Below, piece by piece: positions 48,798-59,139 of a DNA stretch of 64,000 nucleotides; the stretch's first letter is position 1, and the number at the start of each line of letters is the position of its first letter. A program made the translations under genes and the position numbers. Source of the stretch: Butyricicoccus sp. (GTDB lineage Bacteria; Bacillota; Clostridia; Oscillospirales; Butyricicoccaceae); contig JAHHRO010000003.1 in assembly GCA_020025755.1 (NCBI GenBank), forward strand, positions 277 through 64,276, in the 5' to 3' direction. The notes below the pieces were generated by a model. It saw only the letters and a list, made by a program, of their open reading frames with translations. It was not told where the DNA came from and ran no database searches.

Positions 48798-49630
48798 TCC
48801 AAAACTCCTTCTGTCACATGTTGCGCAATGAGATCTGCCCATTTTTTGTTATAATCCTTCCCCGGATGGATGCCGTCAGTTGCAGCCTCCTTGGGCAAAT
48901 TGCCATCTGCATCCTGCATGACGGCTGCTACATCGATATATGTAACCGATTCATCTTCCGCCAGCTTGCGCAGCAATTCATTATACTGCCGGATTCGGGT
49001 ATTATTCGTATTGTCCTCATTTTTTTGAGAGACCTCTGCCGAGACTGGCAAAATGGACTGGATATACAACTTTGCGTCTGGCTGGCGTTCACGCACGGCT
49101 TTGAGCAGCTTGCGGTAATCCTCTATAAAAACGTCCGGATATTTCCAGCCCAGTTCGTTTTCCCCAAAGGTCAAAAAGATATCTGTATACTGTTTTTCTG
49201 CCAGCTTATCGATCACAGGCTTTTCCTCGCCCAGCATGGGTTTTTCAAAGGCAGATTTTACATTGAGTCCGACGCGATAGAGACAATCCGCCCCCGGCAG
49301 AGAATTGTAAATATGAAAGCCGTCGATCTGTGAGTTTCCAAACAGCGCGACGCCCGAAAAGGGTTTCTTTTTCTCTGTATTTTCTGCCACAGGCGTTGGC
49401 GTGGTCGGCTCGCTTGGCGGCTCGCTCGGCTGTGTAGATGGCTGCTTTTCTGCTGGTTCCAGCGGCATCTGCTCGGTTCGCTCGGTATATGCGGTCTGTG
49501 TGGGATCTATATCTTTATGGTGATAGGCAGCGGATGCGATACACGCGATCAATAATACAAAAATAGCTGCCTTCTTCCACCACTTCATTCCATCTTGTTG
49601 GCTTTCTTCAGGATTTTGCTGTATGCCCAT
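48794..49630 (-). CDS. SGNH/GDSL hydrolase family protein with TM anchor and Pro-rich linker
   Basis: FGNS (block I), FGENE (block III) and DGIHP (block V). Confidence 0.85.
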   Translation of the reverse strand: MGIQQNPEESQQDGMKWWKKAAIFVLLIACIASAAYHHKDIDPTQTAYTERTEQMPLEPAEKQPSTQPSEPPSEPTTPTPVAENTEKKKPFSGVALFGNSQIDGFHIYNSLPGADCLYRVGLNVKSAFEKPMLGEEKPVIDKLAEKQYTDIFLTFGENELGWKYPDVFIEDYRKLLKAVRERQPDAKLYIQSILPVSAEVSQKNEDNTNNTRIRQYNELLRKLAEDESVTYIDVAAVMQDADGNLPKEAATDGIHPGKDYNKKWADLIAQHVTEGVLE

Positions 49631-49853
49631 TCTATTTTCACTCCTAATTTATTTGCAAGGTTATCCGATATTTAGCATACCCTTTTCCGCGTAGAAAGTC
49701 AATTTATCTGTAAAAATTATTACTGAATCGTAATCTTTCAAAATAGTGATACATCATACGAGGCGAAGCACACCGTATGCTGACCGCTCAAAGGCGCAAA
49801 AAAGCCCCAACCGCAGGCGCGATTGGGACTTTTTATCAAACAGACCTCAATTT

Positions 49854-51521
49854 TCAGCAGGAAAGCAGTTCATCAAGGATCTTATCACGGTTGGTGCGAG
49901 AATCCAGTGAACGGATCGCATTGCGCAGCGGCAGTACCGCAGAGGGAGATACCGACAGTTCATCGATACCCAGCGCAAGGAAGGTCTCGGTCAGGCTGGT
50001 ATCCGCGCCGAGCTCACCGCAAATGCCGATCCAGATGCCTGCTGCATGTGCATTGTCTGCTGCCATCTTGAGCATACGCAGAACAGCCGGATGGTGCGAA
50101 TCATAGAACTTATCCAGATTGTTGCCCTGACGGTCAACCGCCAAAGTATACTGGGTCAGGTCATTGGTACCAACAGAGAAGAAGTCTACTTCCTTTGCCA
50201 GACGGTCGCTCATCATAACAGCAGACGGGGTCTCGATCATGATGCCCAGTTCTACATAGTCTGCCATTGCAACGCCTTCAGCAGCGAGCTCCTCGCGTAC
50301 ATTCTTACAAATACGCTTGATCTCCTGAACCTCCCAGACAGAGGTGATCATCGGGAACATAATTGCGATCTTACCGTATGCAGAGGCGCGATACAGGGCG
50401 CGCAGCTGGCTCTTGAAGATCTCCGGACGGGTCAGGCAGATACGGATCGCACGCAGACCCATTGCCGGATTTTCCTCGTGATCCAGACCGAAATAATCTG
50501 CCTGCTTGTCTGCACCGATATCCAGTGTACGGATGATAACACGCTTGCCGCCCATGCGCTCTGCAACGGTCTTGTAAGCGATAAACTGCTCCTCCTCGGT
50601 CGGGTAGTCATTTCCCTGGAGATACAGGAACTCGGAACGGAACAAGCCAATTCCGCCGCCATCGTTTGCCAGAACGGCGTCGATATCGTCCGGATTGCCG
50701 ATATTGCAGTAAACCATAACGCTCTTGCCGTCAACTGTCTCGTTCGGCTTGCCCTTGAGCTGATCGAGCAGTTCCTTGAGCGCGCGCTCCTTGGACTGCT
50801 TGTGGGTCAGGCGATCGCGCGTCGCATCATTTGCATCAATCACGACTTCACCGGTCTGACCATCTACAAAGATCTCCTTGCCTGCAAATTCTGCCTTCAG
50901 CTGGTCGCCCACGCCGATGATCGCCGGAATGCCCATGGTACGCGCCAAGATTGCGGTATGGGAGTTACCGGAACCGCCTGCTGTCACGAAGCCAAGGATC
51001 TTGGACTTGTCAAGCTGTACGGTCTCGGACGGTGCAAGATCGTCTGCCGCCAGAATGACCGGTACATCGGAATCGATACCGCCCTGTACCACGCCGGAAA
51101 GGATACCAACCACACGGCTGGATACGTCCTTTACGTCAGCTGCACGCGCCTGCATGTATGTATCGTCCATATTTGCAAACATTTCTGCAAACTGCTCTGC
51201 GGTATCGGAAACAGCAGCCTCTGCATTGAGATGATCGCCCTCGATCAGTCCCTGTACGGATTCTACATAATCTGCATCATCGAGCATCATCTGGTGTGTC
51301 TCGAACAGGATGGCTGCTTCTTCGCCGACCTCGTCCATTGCTTTCTGATAGAGTGCACCCAGCTGCTCCATCGCGGTCTTGCGTGCTGTCTCAAAACGTT
51401 CCAGCTCAACTGCCGGATCTGCATCCGTGCAGCGTGCAACCTCACCAGATGCACGGTGATAGAAGTAGAGCGGTCCAAACGCAACACCGTTGGATACACC
51501 CTTACCAGTAATCGTAATCAT
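49854..51521 (-). CDS. ptsI: Phosphoenolpyruvate-protein phosphotransferase (PTS enzyme I)
   Basis: SHTAILAR phospho-His, GLFRSEFLY, RTLDIGADK, FSVGTNDLTQY and GICGELG. Confidence 0.97.
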   Translation of the reverse strand: MITITGKGVSNGVAFGPLYFYHRASGEVARCTDADPAVELERFETARKTAMEQLGALYQKAMDEVGEEAAILFETHQMMLDDADYVESVQGLIEGDHLNAEAAVSDTAEQFAEMFANMDDTYMQARAADVKDVSSRVVGILSGVVQGGIDSDVPVILAADDLAPSETVQLDKSKILGFVTAGGSGNSHTAILARTMGIPAIIGVGDQLKAEFAGKEIFVDGQTGEVVIDANDATRDRLTHKQSKERALKELLDQLKGKPNETVDGKSVMVYCNIGNPDDIDAVLANDGGGIGLFRSEFLYLQGNDYPTEEEQFIAYKTVAERMGGKRVIIRTLDIGADKQADYFGLDHEENPAMGLRAIRICLTRPEIFKSQLRALYRASAYGKIAIMFPMITSVWEVQEIKRICKNVREELAAEGVAMADYVELGIMIETPSAVMMSDRLAKEVDFFSVGTNDLTQYTLAVDRQGNNLDKFYDSHHPAVLRMLKMAADNAHAAGIWIGICGELGADTSLTETFLALGIDELSVSPSAVLPLRNAIRSLDSRTNRDKILDELLSC

Positions 51522-51903
51522 GCTATTCCTCTCCTTAAATTCATCTTTTACCCATGAACCTTATACTAGCCTAACGGATGCATCGGGGTAAATTTGGCAC
51601 ATCTCCCCCCTGCATCCCATGCTTTTTTTATTATACTGTTTTTACGCGTCCTTGTAAACTGAAACCTCACACTTTTCCAAAGCACCTTATCCTTTTCGCG
51701 AACAAAACAGGTGTGTTTTGGATATCTTTTGATAATATTCCATTTGTATCCTGCTTGCTTTTCTCTTAAAATCGCACTTCCCGATAAAAAATCAACTAGT
51801 TTCTGCAAATATTGTCTGGATTATGTATCCCCTGCTCGATTCTGTGCATAAAAACGCCGCCCTTCCCTGCCGATCGTGCAGGAAAGGGCGGCACACGCAT
51901 GCG

Positions 51904-52371
51904 TTATGCAGCCTTGATAAGCCCCTGCTCTGCGCCGTACCGCGCCGCGATCTGCAGCACGCTGCGGAGCACTTCCGGATTTTTCACGGTATACATCCAA
52001 TGCAGTCCAAATGTATCTTGCCAAGGTGTGATCTGTGCCACGATGCTGTCATCCTCAAATAGGAACAGATTTACGAACATCTGCTTTCCAAACACCAGAT
52101 TGAGATACAGCTTCTGCTCTTTTCCCGGAAACGGACCTTGCAGCCGGGAGCCATCCTCAGGGATCCATGAGATCCGCGCCTTTGTAAAGGCATCGATCAC
52201 GGCAGTTTTTTCCGAATCCGGCAATTCGAGGATCTCATACTGCAAGCTCGCCTCCAAAGACAGTTTTTCCGCACGCTCCGCGCTAAAAAACGGCAGTGAT
52301 CTTGTGGCAAACATAAAAAACATAAAAATGATGCCAACCGTAACAGCGATCCATAAAAACTGTTTTTTCAT
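51904..52371 (-). CDS. Hypothetical membrane-anchored/exported protein
   Basis: GGAGG RBS, signal-like N-terminus MKKQFLWIAVTVGIIFMFFMFA, downstream hairpin at about 51855-51893. Confidence 0.6.
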   Translation of the reverse strand: MKKQFLWIAVTVGIIFMFFMFATRSLPFFSAERAEKLSLEASLQYEILELPDSEKTAVIDAFTKARISWIPEDGSRLQGPFPGKEQKLYLNLVFGKQMFVNLFLFEDDSIVAQITPWQDTFGLHWMYTVKNPEVLRSVLQIAARYGAEQGLIKAA

Positions 52372-52512
52372 AACGTTTCTATCTTCCTCCATCATCTTAA
52401 ATGATAGTAGAAGTATAACCCACCAAAGCACAGATTGCAAGACACACCGCCGACTTTTTGAGCCTTATGCTACGCTCTCCTTTGGCAGAGATCCTGTATT
52501 CCTGTTATCTTA

Positions 52513-52592
52513 CAAATACAAGGTGTATGTCCTTGGATTTTGAAGATTTGGGGTCGCTTTGCTCCAATAAAAAAACAGCGAAAAGCCTTTTT
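52513..52592 (+). repeat. Short dispersed palindromic element (copy B)
   Basis: caaatacaaggtgtatgtccttggattttgaagatttggggtcgctttgctcca aligns with copy A; ends immediately before the polC stop codon. Confidence 0.65.
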
Positions 52593-52593
52593 C

Positions 52594-55500
52594 TCACCCA
52601 AACAAACTGATCTGTGTGCTTTTTGGCATACTTCCGAGTGCCCCGATCTGATCCAAAAGATCGATGACCGACTTGGACACCTTGGAGCAACGGACTGCGA
52701 TCTCCTCCGCCGAGAGGAACTTTCCGTTTTGGCGTTCCTCCACCAAGCTGATCGCCGCCTGCTCGCCAATGCCCGGCATGGACGTAAACGGCGGGATCAA
52801 ACCATTTTCCGTGACCAGAAATTTGGTCGCATCTGAGGTATAAATATCCATTGGTGCAAAGGTAAAGCCGCGCTTATAGAATTCATGGCAGACCTCAAGC
52901 GTGGTCTGTGTATCCTTTTCCGCCGCCGAGATGGTCTTTTCCACATCCTTCTGATGCAGTTCACGGATCTTTTCCAGACAGACCTTGTCACCGCGCACCA
53001 TACTGTAGGCATCGAAGCCCTTGGCGCGCACGGAAAAATACGCCGCATAGAATGCGAGCGGTCGATGTACCTTGAACCATGCAATGCGGAACGCCATCAT
53101 GACATACGCCACTGCATGCGCCTTGGGGAACATGTACTTGATCTTCTTACAGGAATCGATATACCAATCGGGCACATTGTTTTCCTGCATGGCTTCTTCC
53201 ATCTCCGGCTTGAGTCCCTTACCCTTACGCACGGATTCCATGGTCTGGAACGCGAGCTTAGGCTGAACGCCCTTGGCAATCAGATAGTTCATGATATCAT
53301 CACGACAACAGATACATTCATTCAGGGGGATCCCTGCTGCAACCAGATCGGCGGCATTGCCCAGCCATACATCCGTACCGTGGGACAGACCGGAAATACA
53401 CAGCAGATCATCGAACGTGCTTGGTTTGGTATCCTTGACCATGCCGCGCACGAACTTCGTACCAAACTCAGGAACCGCAAGACAGCCCAGATCCCCCAGG
53501 ATCGGATCGGGCGTATCATCCACATAATGCAGTGCCTTATTTGAGGTAAAGAGGCTCATGACCTCGGGGTCATCAAGTGGAATCTCCTGTGCATTGACGC
53601 CCGTTAAATCCTCCAAATGCTTGATAATCGTGGGATCATCATGTCCCAGTTCATCGAGCTTCAACAGGTTGGCATCAATGGAGTGATACTCGAAATGGGT
53701 CGTGATGATATCCGAATTCGGATCATCTGCTGGATGCTGCACGGGACAGAAATCATAGATCTCGACCTCTTTGGGCACAACGACGATGCCGCCGGGGTGC
53801 TGTCCGGTTGTGCGGCGGATACCAGTACAGCCTGCCGCCAAGCGGTTTTCCTCTGCACGGGAACACGCAATGCCGCGCTCCTCCATGTACTTTTTTACAT
53901 AGCCATAGGCGGTTTTCTCCGCAACCGTCGCAATTGTCCCTGCACGGAACACATGGTCTTGTCCAAACAGTTCGCCAGTATACTTATGGATACGCGGCTG
54001 GTACTCACCCGAAAAGTTGAGGTCGATATCAGGCACTTTATCTCCATTGAATCCAAGAAAGGTTTCAAACGGAACCGAAAAGCCCTCTTTTCTGAGTTTT
54101 GCACCGCAACGTGGGCAGGTCTTATCCGGCAGGCAGACCCCACAGCCCACGCCCTCGTTTTCATGCAGTTCAAAATACTGACACGCCGGACACAGATAAT
54201 GGGGCGCAAGTGAATTTACCTCCGTGATATCGGACAGGAACGCCACAAGGGATGAACCAACCGACCCACGCGAGCCGACCAGATAGCCATCCTTGAGCGA
54301 CTTGGTGACCAGCTTCTGTGCGATGATGTACATCACATCGTATCCATTGCCGATGATGGATTTCAGTTCGCGGTCGAGCCGCTCCTGTACGATCTCCGGT
54401 AAGGGATCGCCATACATACGCTTTGCCTTTTCGCGGCACATGGTCTCGAGTTCCTCCGCCGAGCCTTCGATCTTCGGCGGATAGTTCTCTTTCGGAATGG
54501 GGCGAATGGGTTCGAGCAGATCCGCGATCTTGTTCGGGTTGGTGACCACGACCTCATAGGCGCGATCCTCTCCCAGATAAGCAAATTCCTTCAGCATTTC
54601 CTCCGTGGTTTTGAGGTAAAGCGGTGCCTGATTGTCCGCATCCGAGAAGCCCTGACCTGCCATCAGGATGCGGCGATAGGCTTCGTCCTCCGGATCGAGA
54701 AAATGTACGTCCCCCGTTGCACAGCACGGCTTGCCGAGGGCATCGGCGATGCGCAGTACCGTGCGATTGTATTCACGCAAAGTCTCCTCATCCTCCGCAA
54801 TGCCCTTGGCGATCATGAAGCGGTTGTTGTCGATGGGCTGGATCTCCAGATAATCATAAAAGTCCGCAATGCGTTTGAGTTCCTCAAACGGCTTGCCTGC
54901 AACAACGGCATGGAACAGCTCTCCTGCCTCACACGCCGAGCCAAAGATCAAGCCCTCCCGATGGCGGATCAGTTCAGAACGCGGCATCAAGGGACGGCGG
55001 TAAAAGTGATCCAGAAAGCTGTACGAAATCAGCTTGTACAGGTTTTTGAGTCCCACCTGATTCTGCACCAGAATAATGAAATGATGGCGCGGCAGATTTT
55101 TGAGTCCGCCTTCCTTGGCACGCAGTCCGGCAAGCACAGGGTTGATATCGGAAATTTTGCGCACACGCTGTTCGATCTTCAGCTTGTCCATCAGCTTGAT
55201 CCAGATCCGCGCAAGCACTGCCGCATCCTCACTTGCCCGATGGTGCTCAAAGGGGCCGACCTGCAATTCCTTCGCCAGCACATTGAGTTTGAAGCGGTTC
55301 AGGTGGGACAGCAGAATGCGCGACATCTCCAGCGTATCGATATAGGTGAATGCCCGCTCGATGCCGAGCCGCTTGCAGGCGGCACTCAGGAAGGACATAT
55401 CAAAACCGGCATTGTGCGCCACCAGCACACGATCCCCTGCGAACGCAAAGAACCGTTCCAGCGCATCTGCAAGCTCGGGCGCATCTGCTACGGTCTCATC

Positions 55501-56958
55501 GGAGATACCGGTCAGCTCTGTGATCTCAGGTGGAATGGGCTTATGCGGATTGACATAGGTTTGGAACGAATCGCGTATCTCACCATCACGCACCAGAACG
55601 GCGGCGATCTCCGTGATCTCCTCCGTTGCCGGTTTGAGTCCGGTCGTCTCCAGATCGAACACAATGAAGTCCCCGTCCAAGCCGCCGTCTGCCGTACCGC
55701 GCACGACCGAGACCTCTGCCGCATCGTTTACATAATACGCTTCCACACCATACAAGATCTTAGGGAATTCCGCCTCCTTGCCGTCTACGACGTGCAGAGC
55801 GAGCGGAAACGCCTGCGCACAGCCGTGGTCGGTGATCGCCATGGCACGCCATCCCCACTGCTGACAGCGGCTGATCAGTGCCTTGGTATCCGAGACCCCA
55901 TCGAGCGCACTCATATTGGTATGCAGATGCAGCTCTACGCGTTTTTCGGGCGCATTGTCCATGCGGATCTTCTTCTTTGCCTTGACGATCGCAGTCGGCT
56001 CGAGAATACTTTCCTTTTCGTATGTATCAAAGCTGATCTTGCCCTGCACGATCAAATGCATCCCCGTCTTGATGGCAGAAACCAGATCCCCTGCCTGTTC
56101 CTTTGCCATAAATTTGGAGACCCGAATGGAGTTGGTATTGTCCGTCATATCAAACGCCAGCTTGATCCATTCCTTGCCGCTTTTCTTGCTAACGATCTCG
56201 CGGTGATCGACAAAGAACACATCGCCCTCTATGGTCACGCGGTCGAACGCGCTCAGTGCATCGCGAATGGGCACGGCTTCCTCTGTGTACAGCTTTCCTA
56301 AAATCAGGTTTTCGTCTGCCACCTTTTCCACCTTGGGTCGGTGATACCCGCTATCCTCGCGCGCCGGTCGGGATTTGACCGTTTTCTTGTTCTTTTCCTC
56401 TATCGGCGTTGGTGCAGGCATGGACTCTGCCGCCGCCTTGAGTGCCGCGGCGCGTTCCTCCTCCTGTGCGGACAAGATCTCTTTCACCTTATCGTCAGCA
56501 AAGGGCACCGCCTCCACGACGACATGACAGCCGGTCTCCGCCGTGATCTGCTCCTGCATCTGCCGGAGCGCGACCGAGAAGTAATTCCGCGCGGTCTCTC
56601 CCATGGAGATCCGCAGATGATTGTCCTCCGCAAGTTCCCACTGGCTGTCTGCGAGCAGTCCGGATGCCGACGGCATACGATGGCACAGATCATCACGCAG
56701 CTGCCGCAAATACGACTCAGAAACGGTATTGCCTGCATAGCGCGGCGCGATGGAAAAGCGTGTCAGCCCATAGGCATCTGCGATCTCCTTTCCCAGTCCG
56801 TCCAGATGTGCTCGCGCGACCGGTGCATCGTATGCCACATGGCAGATCATCTGTTGATGGTCATGGCTCACTGCAAGGGAACGCACCTCTCCCAACATGC
56901 AGTCCTCATATTGTTTACTGTTACAGCGATCAAAAAGCTCTGAAAGCATTTTTGCCAT
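52594..56958 (-). CDS. polC: DNA polymerase III PolC-type
   Basis: RVELHLHT PHP, inserted exonuclease (FDLETTG), GSRGSVGSS, PDIDLNF, RTTGQHPGG and KYMFPKAHA. Confidence 0.97.
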   Translation of the reverse strand: MAKMLSELFDRCNSKQYEDCMLGEVRSLAVSHDHQQMICHVAYDAPVARAHLDGLGKEIADAYGLTRFSIAPRYAGNTVSESYLRQLRDDLCHRMPSASGLLADSQWELAEDNHLRISMGETARNYFSVALRQMQEQITAETGCHVVVEAVPFADDKVKEILSAQEEERAAALKAAAESMPAPTPIEEKNKKTVKSRPAREDSGYHRPKVEKVADENLILGKLYTEEAVPIRDALSAFDRVTIEGDVFFVDHREIVSKKSGKEWIKLAFDMTDNTNSIRVSKFMAKEQAGDLVSAIKTGMHLIVQGKISFDTYEKESILEPTAIVKAKKKIRMDNAPEKRVELHLHTNMSALDGVSDTKALISRCQQWGWRAMAITDHGCAQAFPLALHVVDGKEAEFPKILYGVEAYYVNDAAEVSVVRGTADGGLDGDFIVFDLETTGLKPATEEITEIAAVLVRDGEIRDSFQTYVNPHKPIPPEITELTGISDETVADAPELADALERFFAFAGDRVLVAHNAGFDMSFLSAACKRLGIERAFTYIDTLEMSRILLSHLNRFKLNVLAKELQVGPFEHHRASEDAAVLARIWIKLMDKLKIEQRVRKISDINPVLAGLRAKEGGLKNLPRHHFIILVQNQVGLKNLYKLISYSFLDHFYRRPLMPRSELIRHREGLIFGSACEAGELFHAVVAGKPFEELKRIADFYDYLEIQPIDNNRFMIAKGIAEDEETLREYNRTVLRIADALGKPCCATGDVHFLDPEDEAYRRILMAGQGFSDADNQAPLYLKTTEEMLKEFAYLGEDRAYEVVVTNPNKIADLLEPIRPIPKENYPPKIEGSAEELETMCREKAKRMYGDPLPEIVQERLDRELKSIIGNGYDVMYIIAQKLVTKSLKDGYLVGSRGSVGSSLVAFLSDITEVNSLAPHYLCPACQYFELHENEGVGCGVCLPDKTCPRCGAKLRKEGFSVPFETFLGFNGDKVPDIDLNFSGEYQPRIHKYTGELFGQDHVFRAGTIATVAEKTAYGYVKKYMEERGIACSRAEENRLAAGCTGIRRTTGQHPGGIVVVPKEVEIYDFCPVQHPADDPNSDIITTHFEYHSIDANLLKLDELGHDDPTIIKHLEDLTGVNAQEIPLDDPEVMSLFTSNKALHYVDDTPDPILGDLGCLAVPEFGTKFVRGMVKDTKPSTFDDLLCISGLSHGTDVWLGNAADLVAAGIPLNECICCRDDIMNYLIAKGVQPKLAFQTMESVRKGKGLKPEMEEAMQENNVPDWYIDSCKKIKYMFPKAHAVAYVMMAFRIAWFKVHRPLAFYAAYFSVRAKGFDAYSMVRGDKVCLEKIRELHQKDVEKTISAAEKDTQTTLEVCHEFYKRGFTFAPMDIYTSDATKFLVTENGLIPPFTSMPGIGEQAAISLVEERQNGKFLSAEEIAVRCSKVSKSVIDLLDQIGALGSMPKSTQISLFG

Positions 56959-57017
56959 AAAATACGACTCCTTAAAAATGCAGGATGGGACCGCCCGCAA
57001 GCCGCCCCATCCATTGG

Positions 57018-58073
57018 TCACTCATACTGCTCGATTTCCTGCATCAAAGCCTCCACAAGCTGCTCCTGCGGCACTTTGCGCAGGATCTCCCCCTTGCGGA
57101 AGATCAGACCGACCCCATCACCGCCTGCAATGCCGAGATCGGCTTCGCGTGCTTCGCCAGGGCCATTGACGGCACAGCCCATAACCGCAACCGTCAGCTT
57201 CTTGCCGCGGATGTTGGAGACGCGCTGCTCGACCTCTTTGGCGATGCCGATGAGGTCGATGCGTGTGCGGCCGCAAGTCGGGCAGGAGACCACATTCACG
57301 CCATCGTCGCACAGACCGACCGCCTTGAGGATCGCCTGCGCCGCATAGATCTCCTTGACCGGATCATCTGTCAGGGAAACGCGGATGGTATCGCCAATGC
57401 CAAGCGCAAGCAATCCGCCGATGCCTGCCGCGGATTTGATCGTACCCATATACTCCGTGCCTGCCTCGGTCACGCCCAAGTGCAGGGGGTACGCACTCTT
57501 TTCATGTGCGAGTTGATACGCCTGCATGGTATAGGGTACCGAGGAGGATTTCATAGACAGGCAAATGTCGTAGAAATCGAACTTTTCCAAAAGGGATGCA
57601 TGGTAGAGCGCACTCTCGACCAGTGCCTCGGGCGTTGGTGCGCCATACTTTGCCAAAATACTCTTTTCCACCGAGCCCGAATTGACCCCGATCCGGATGG
57701 GAATATTTTTGGCACGCGCCGCCTGTACAACGGCTTTCACGCGGTCGTCCGAGCCGATATTGCCCGGATTCAGACGGATCTTGTGTACGCCTGCCGCAAT
57801 GGAATCCAGTGCCAATCTGTAGTCGAAGTGGATATCCGCCACGACTGGAATGGGTGAGCCGCCGCAAATGGTCTCCAGCGCGCGCGCCGCCTGTGCATCG
57901 GGCACGGCACAGCGCACGACCTGACATCCTGCCTCTGCAAGTGCCCGAATCTGCGCGAGCGTTGCCTCAGCATCCCTTGTATCCGTGTTGGTCATGGACT
58001 GTATGACGACGGGGGCACCGCCGCCGATCAAGGTCTCTCCTACACGGATCTGCCTTGTTTCTTTTCTTGTCAT
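57018..58073 (-). CDS. ispG: (E)-4-hydroxy-3-methylbut-2-enyl-diphosphate synthase
   Basis: QSMTNT, VADIHF, RLNPGNIG, HLGVTEAG, SCPTCGR and MGCAVNGPGE. Confidence 0.97.
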   Translation of the reverse strand: MTRKETRQIRVGETLIGGGAPVVIQSMTNTDTRDAEATLAQIRALAEAGCQVVRCAVPDAQAARALETICGGSPIPVVADIHFDYRLALDSIAAGVHKIRLNPGNIGSDDRVKAVVQAARAKNIPIRIGVNSGSVEKSILAKYGAPTPEALVESALYHASLLEKFDFYDICLSMKSSSVPYTMQAYQLAHEKSAYPLHLGVTEAGTEYMGTIKSAAGIGGLLALGIGDTIRVSLTDDPVKEIYAAQAILKAVGLCDDGVNVVSCPTCGRTRIDLIGIAKEVEQRVSNIRGKKLTVAVMGCAVNGPGEAREADLGIAGGDGVGLIFRKGEILRKVPQEQLVEALMQEIEQYE

Positions 58074-58093
58074 ATCATTACTTCCTCCGGCAC

Positions 58094-59128
58094 TCAAAGC
58101 AGTCGCAGGATATCCTGTCCCGTGACATACAGGATGAGTGCAAACAGTGCGCATAAACCAGCCATATTGACATAGCTCTCTACCTTCCGGTCAAGCGGCT
58201 TGCGGCGGATGCCCTCTACCAGCAAAAACAGCAGTCTGCCGCCATCCAGCCCCGGAATGGGCAGGAGGTTCATCACACCAAGGTTGATCGAGATGAAGGC
58301 AAGCAGTGCCCAGAACGGACGTGCCCCTGCCTGCGCGGTCTGTGCCGTCACTGCAACCACACCGACTGGACCGGAAAGCTGGTCAACGCCGACCGAACCG
58401 GAAAGCAAATCACCCAGTGAATGCCATACCATGCGCGCATCGTTCGCGGAAAGCACCAGCGCATAGCGCAGATGCCCCAGCATTGTCAGCTCCTGCGTGG
58501 CAAAATGGAAGCCATACCCCTTTCTGCCCTCGCCCAGATCCAAGTCATCTTGCAGTGCCAGATCCTTGATGAGCAGTCGCTCTCCACCGCGCTCAATCAG
58601 AAAATCAAATTTACCATCTGCCGCACCACGGCGCAGACCCTCGGAGACATCTCCGCCTGTCCAAATACGATAGCCGTCGATCTTGAGGATGCGATCGCCA
58701 GCCATCAACCCCTGTTCTCCCTCGAACGCAAACCCCTCTGCAAAGGATTCGATCGTTGGAAGTGCCTCTTGCGATGTGCTCCATGTGAGAGCGAGCACGA
58801 TCAGGAATCCCAGCACGAAATTCATTACAACGCCTGCAATCAGCGTCACAAAGCGAACAAGCCACGGCGCATTGCCAAAGGCACGCGGATCATCCGAATC
58901 CTCGTCCTCGCCGCGCATGACACATGCGCCGCCAATGGGCAAGAGGCACAGACAATAGTTGGTCTCTCCGATCTGCTTTTGCAGCAGCTTGGGTCCCATG
59001 CCGATCCAGAATTCGTCTACCTGTACACCGCCGCGCTTTGCCGCGATGCAGTGTCCAAACTCATGCACCATGATAAGCAGACCAAAGCCCAACAGCGCGA
59101 TCAGAATCCAAAATACGTTTGCGATCAT
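58094..59128 (-). CDS. rseP: RIP metalloprotease RseP/RasP (M50)
   Basis: HEFGH, PDZ-like region and NLLPIPGLDGG. Confidence 0.93.
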   Translation of the reverse strand: MIANVFWILIALLGFGLLIMVHEFGHCIAAKRGGVQVDEFWIGMGPKLLQKQIGETNYCLCLLPIGGACVMRGEDEDSDDPRAFGNAPWLVRFVTLIAGVVMNFVLGFLIVLALTWSTSQEALPTIESFAEGFAFEGEQGLMAGDRILKIDGYRIWTGGDVSEGLRRGAADGKFDFLIERGGERLLIKDLALQDDLDLGEGRKGYGFHFATQELTMLGHLRYALVLSANDARMVWHSLGDLLSGSVGVDQLSGPVGVVAVTAQTAQAGARPFWALLAFISINLGVMNLLPIPGLDGGRLLFLLVEGIRRKPLDRKVESYVNMAGLCALFALILYVTGQDILRLL

Positions 59129-59139
59129 ATAAAATCAAT

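Noticed and set aside
51566..51808. 80-aa ORF upstream of ptsI as HPr (ptsH)
   Set aside because: No GLHARP motif, and it overlaps the likely ptsI promoter.
52594..56958. Intein in PolC
   Set aside because: Length and domain order fit ordinary PolC; no intein splice or LAGLIDADG motifs noticed.
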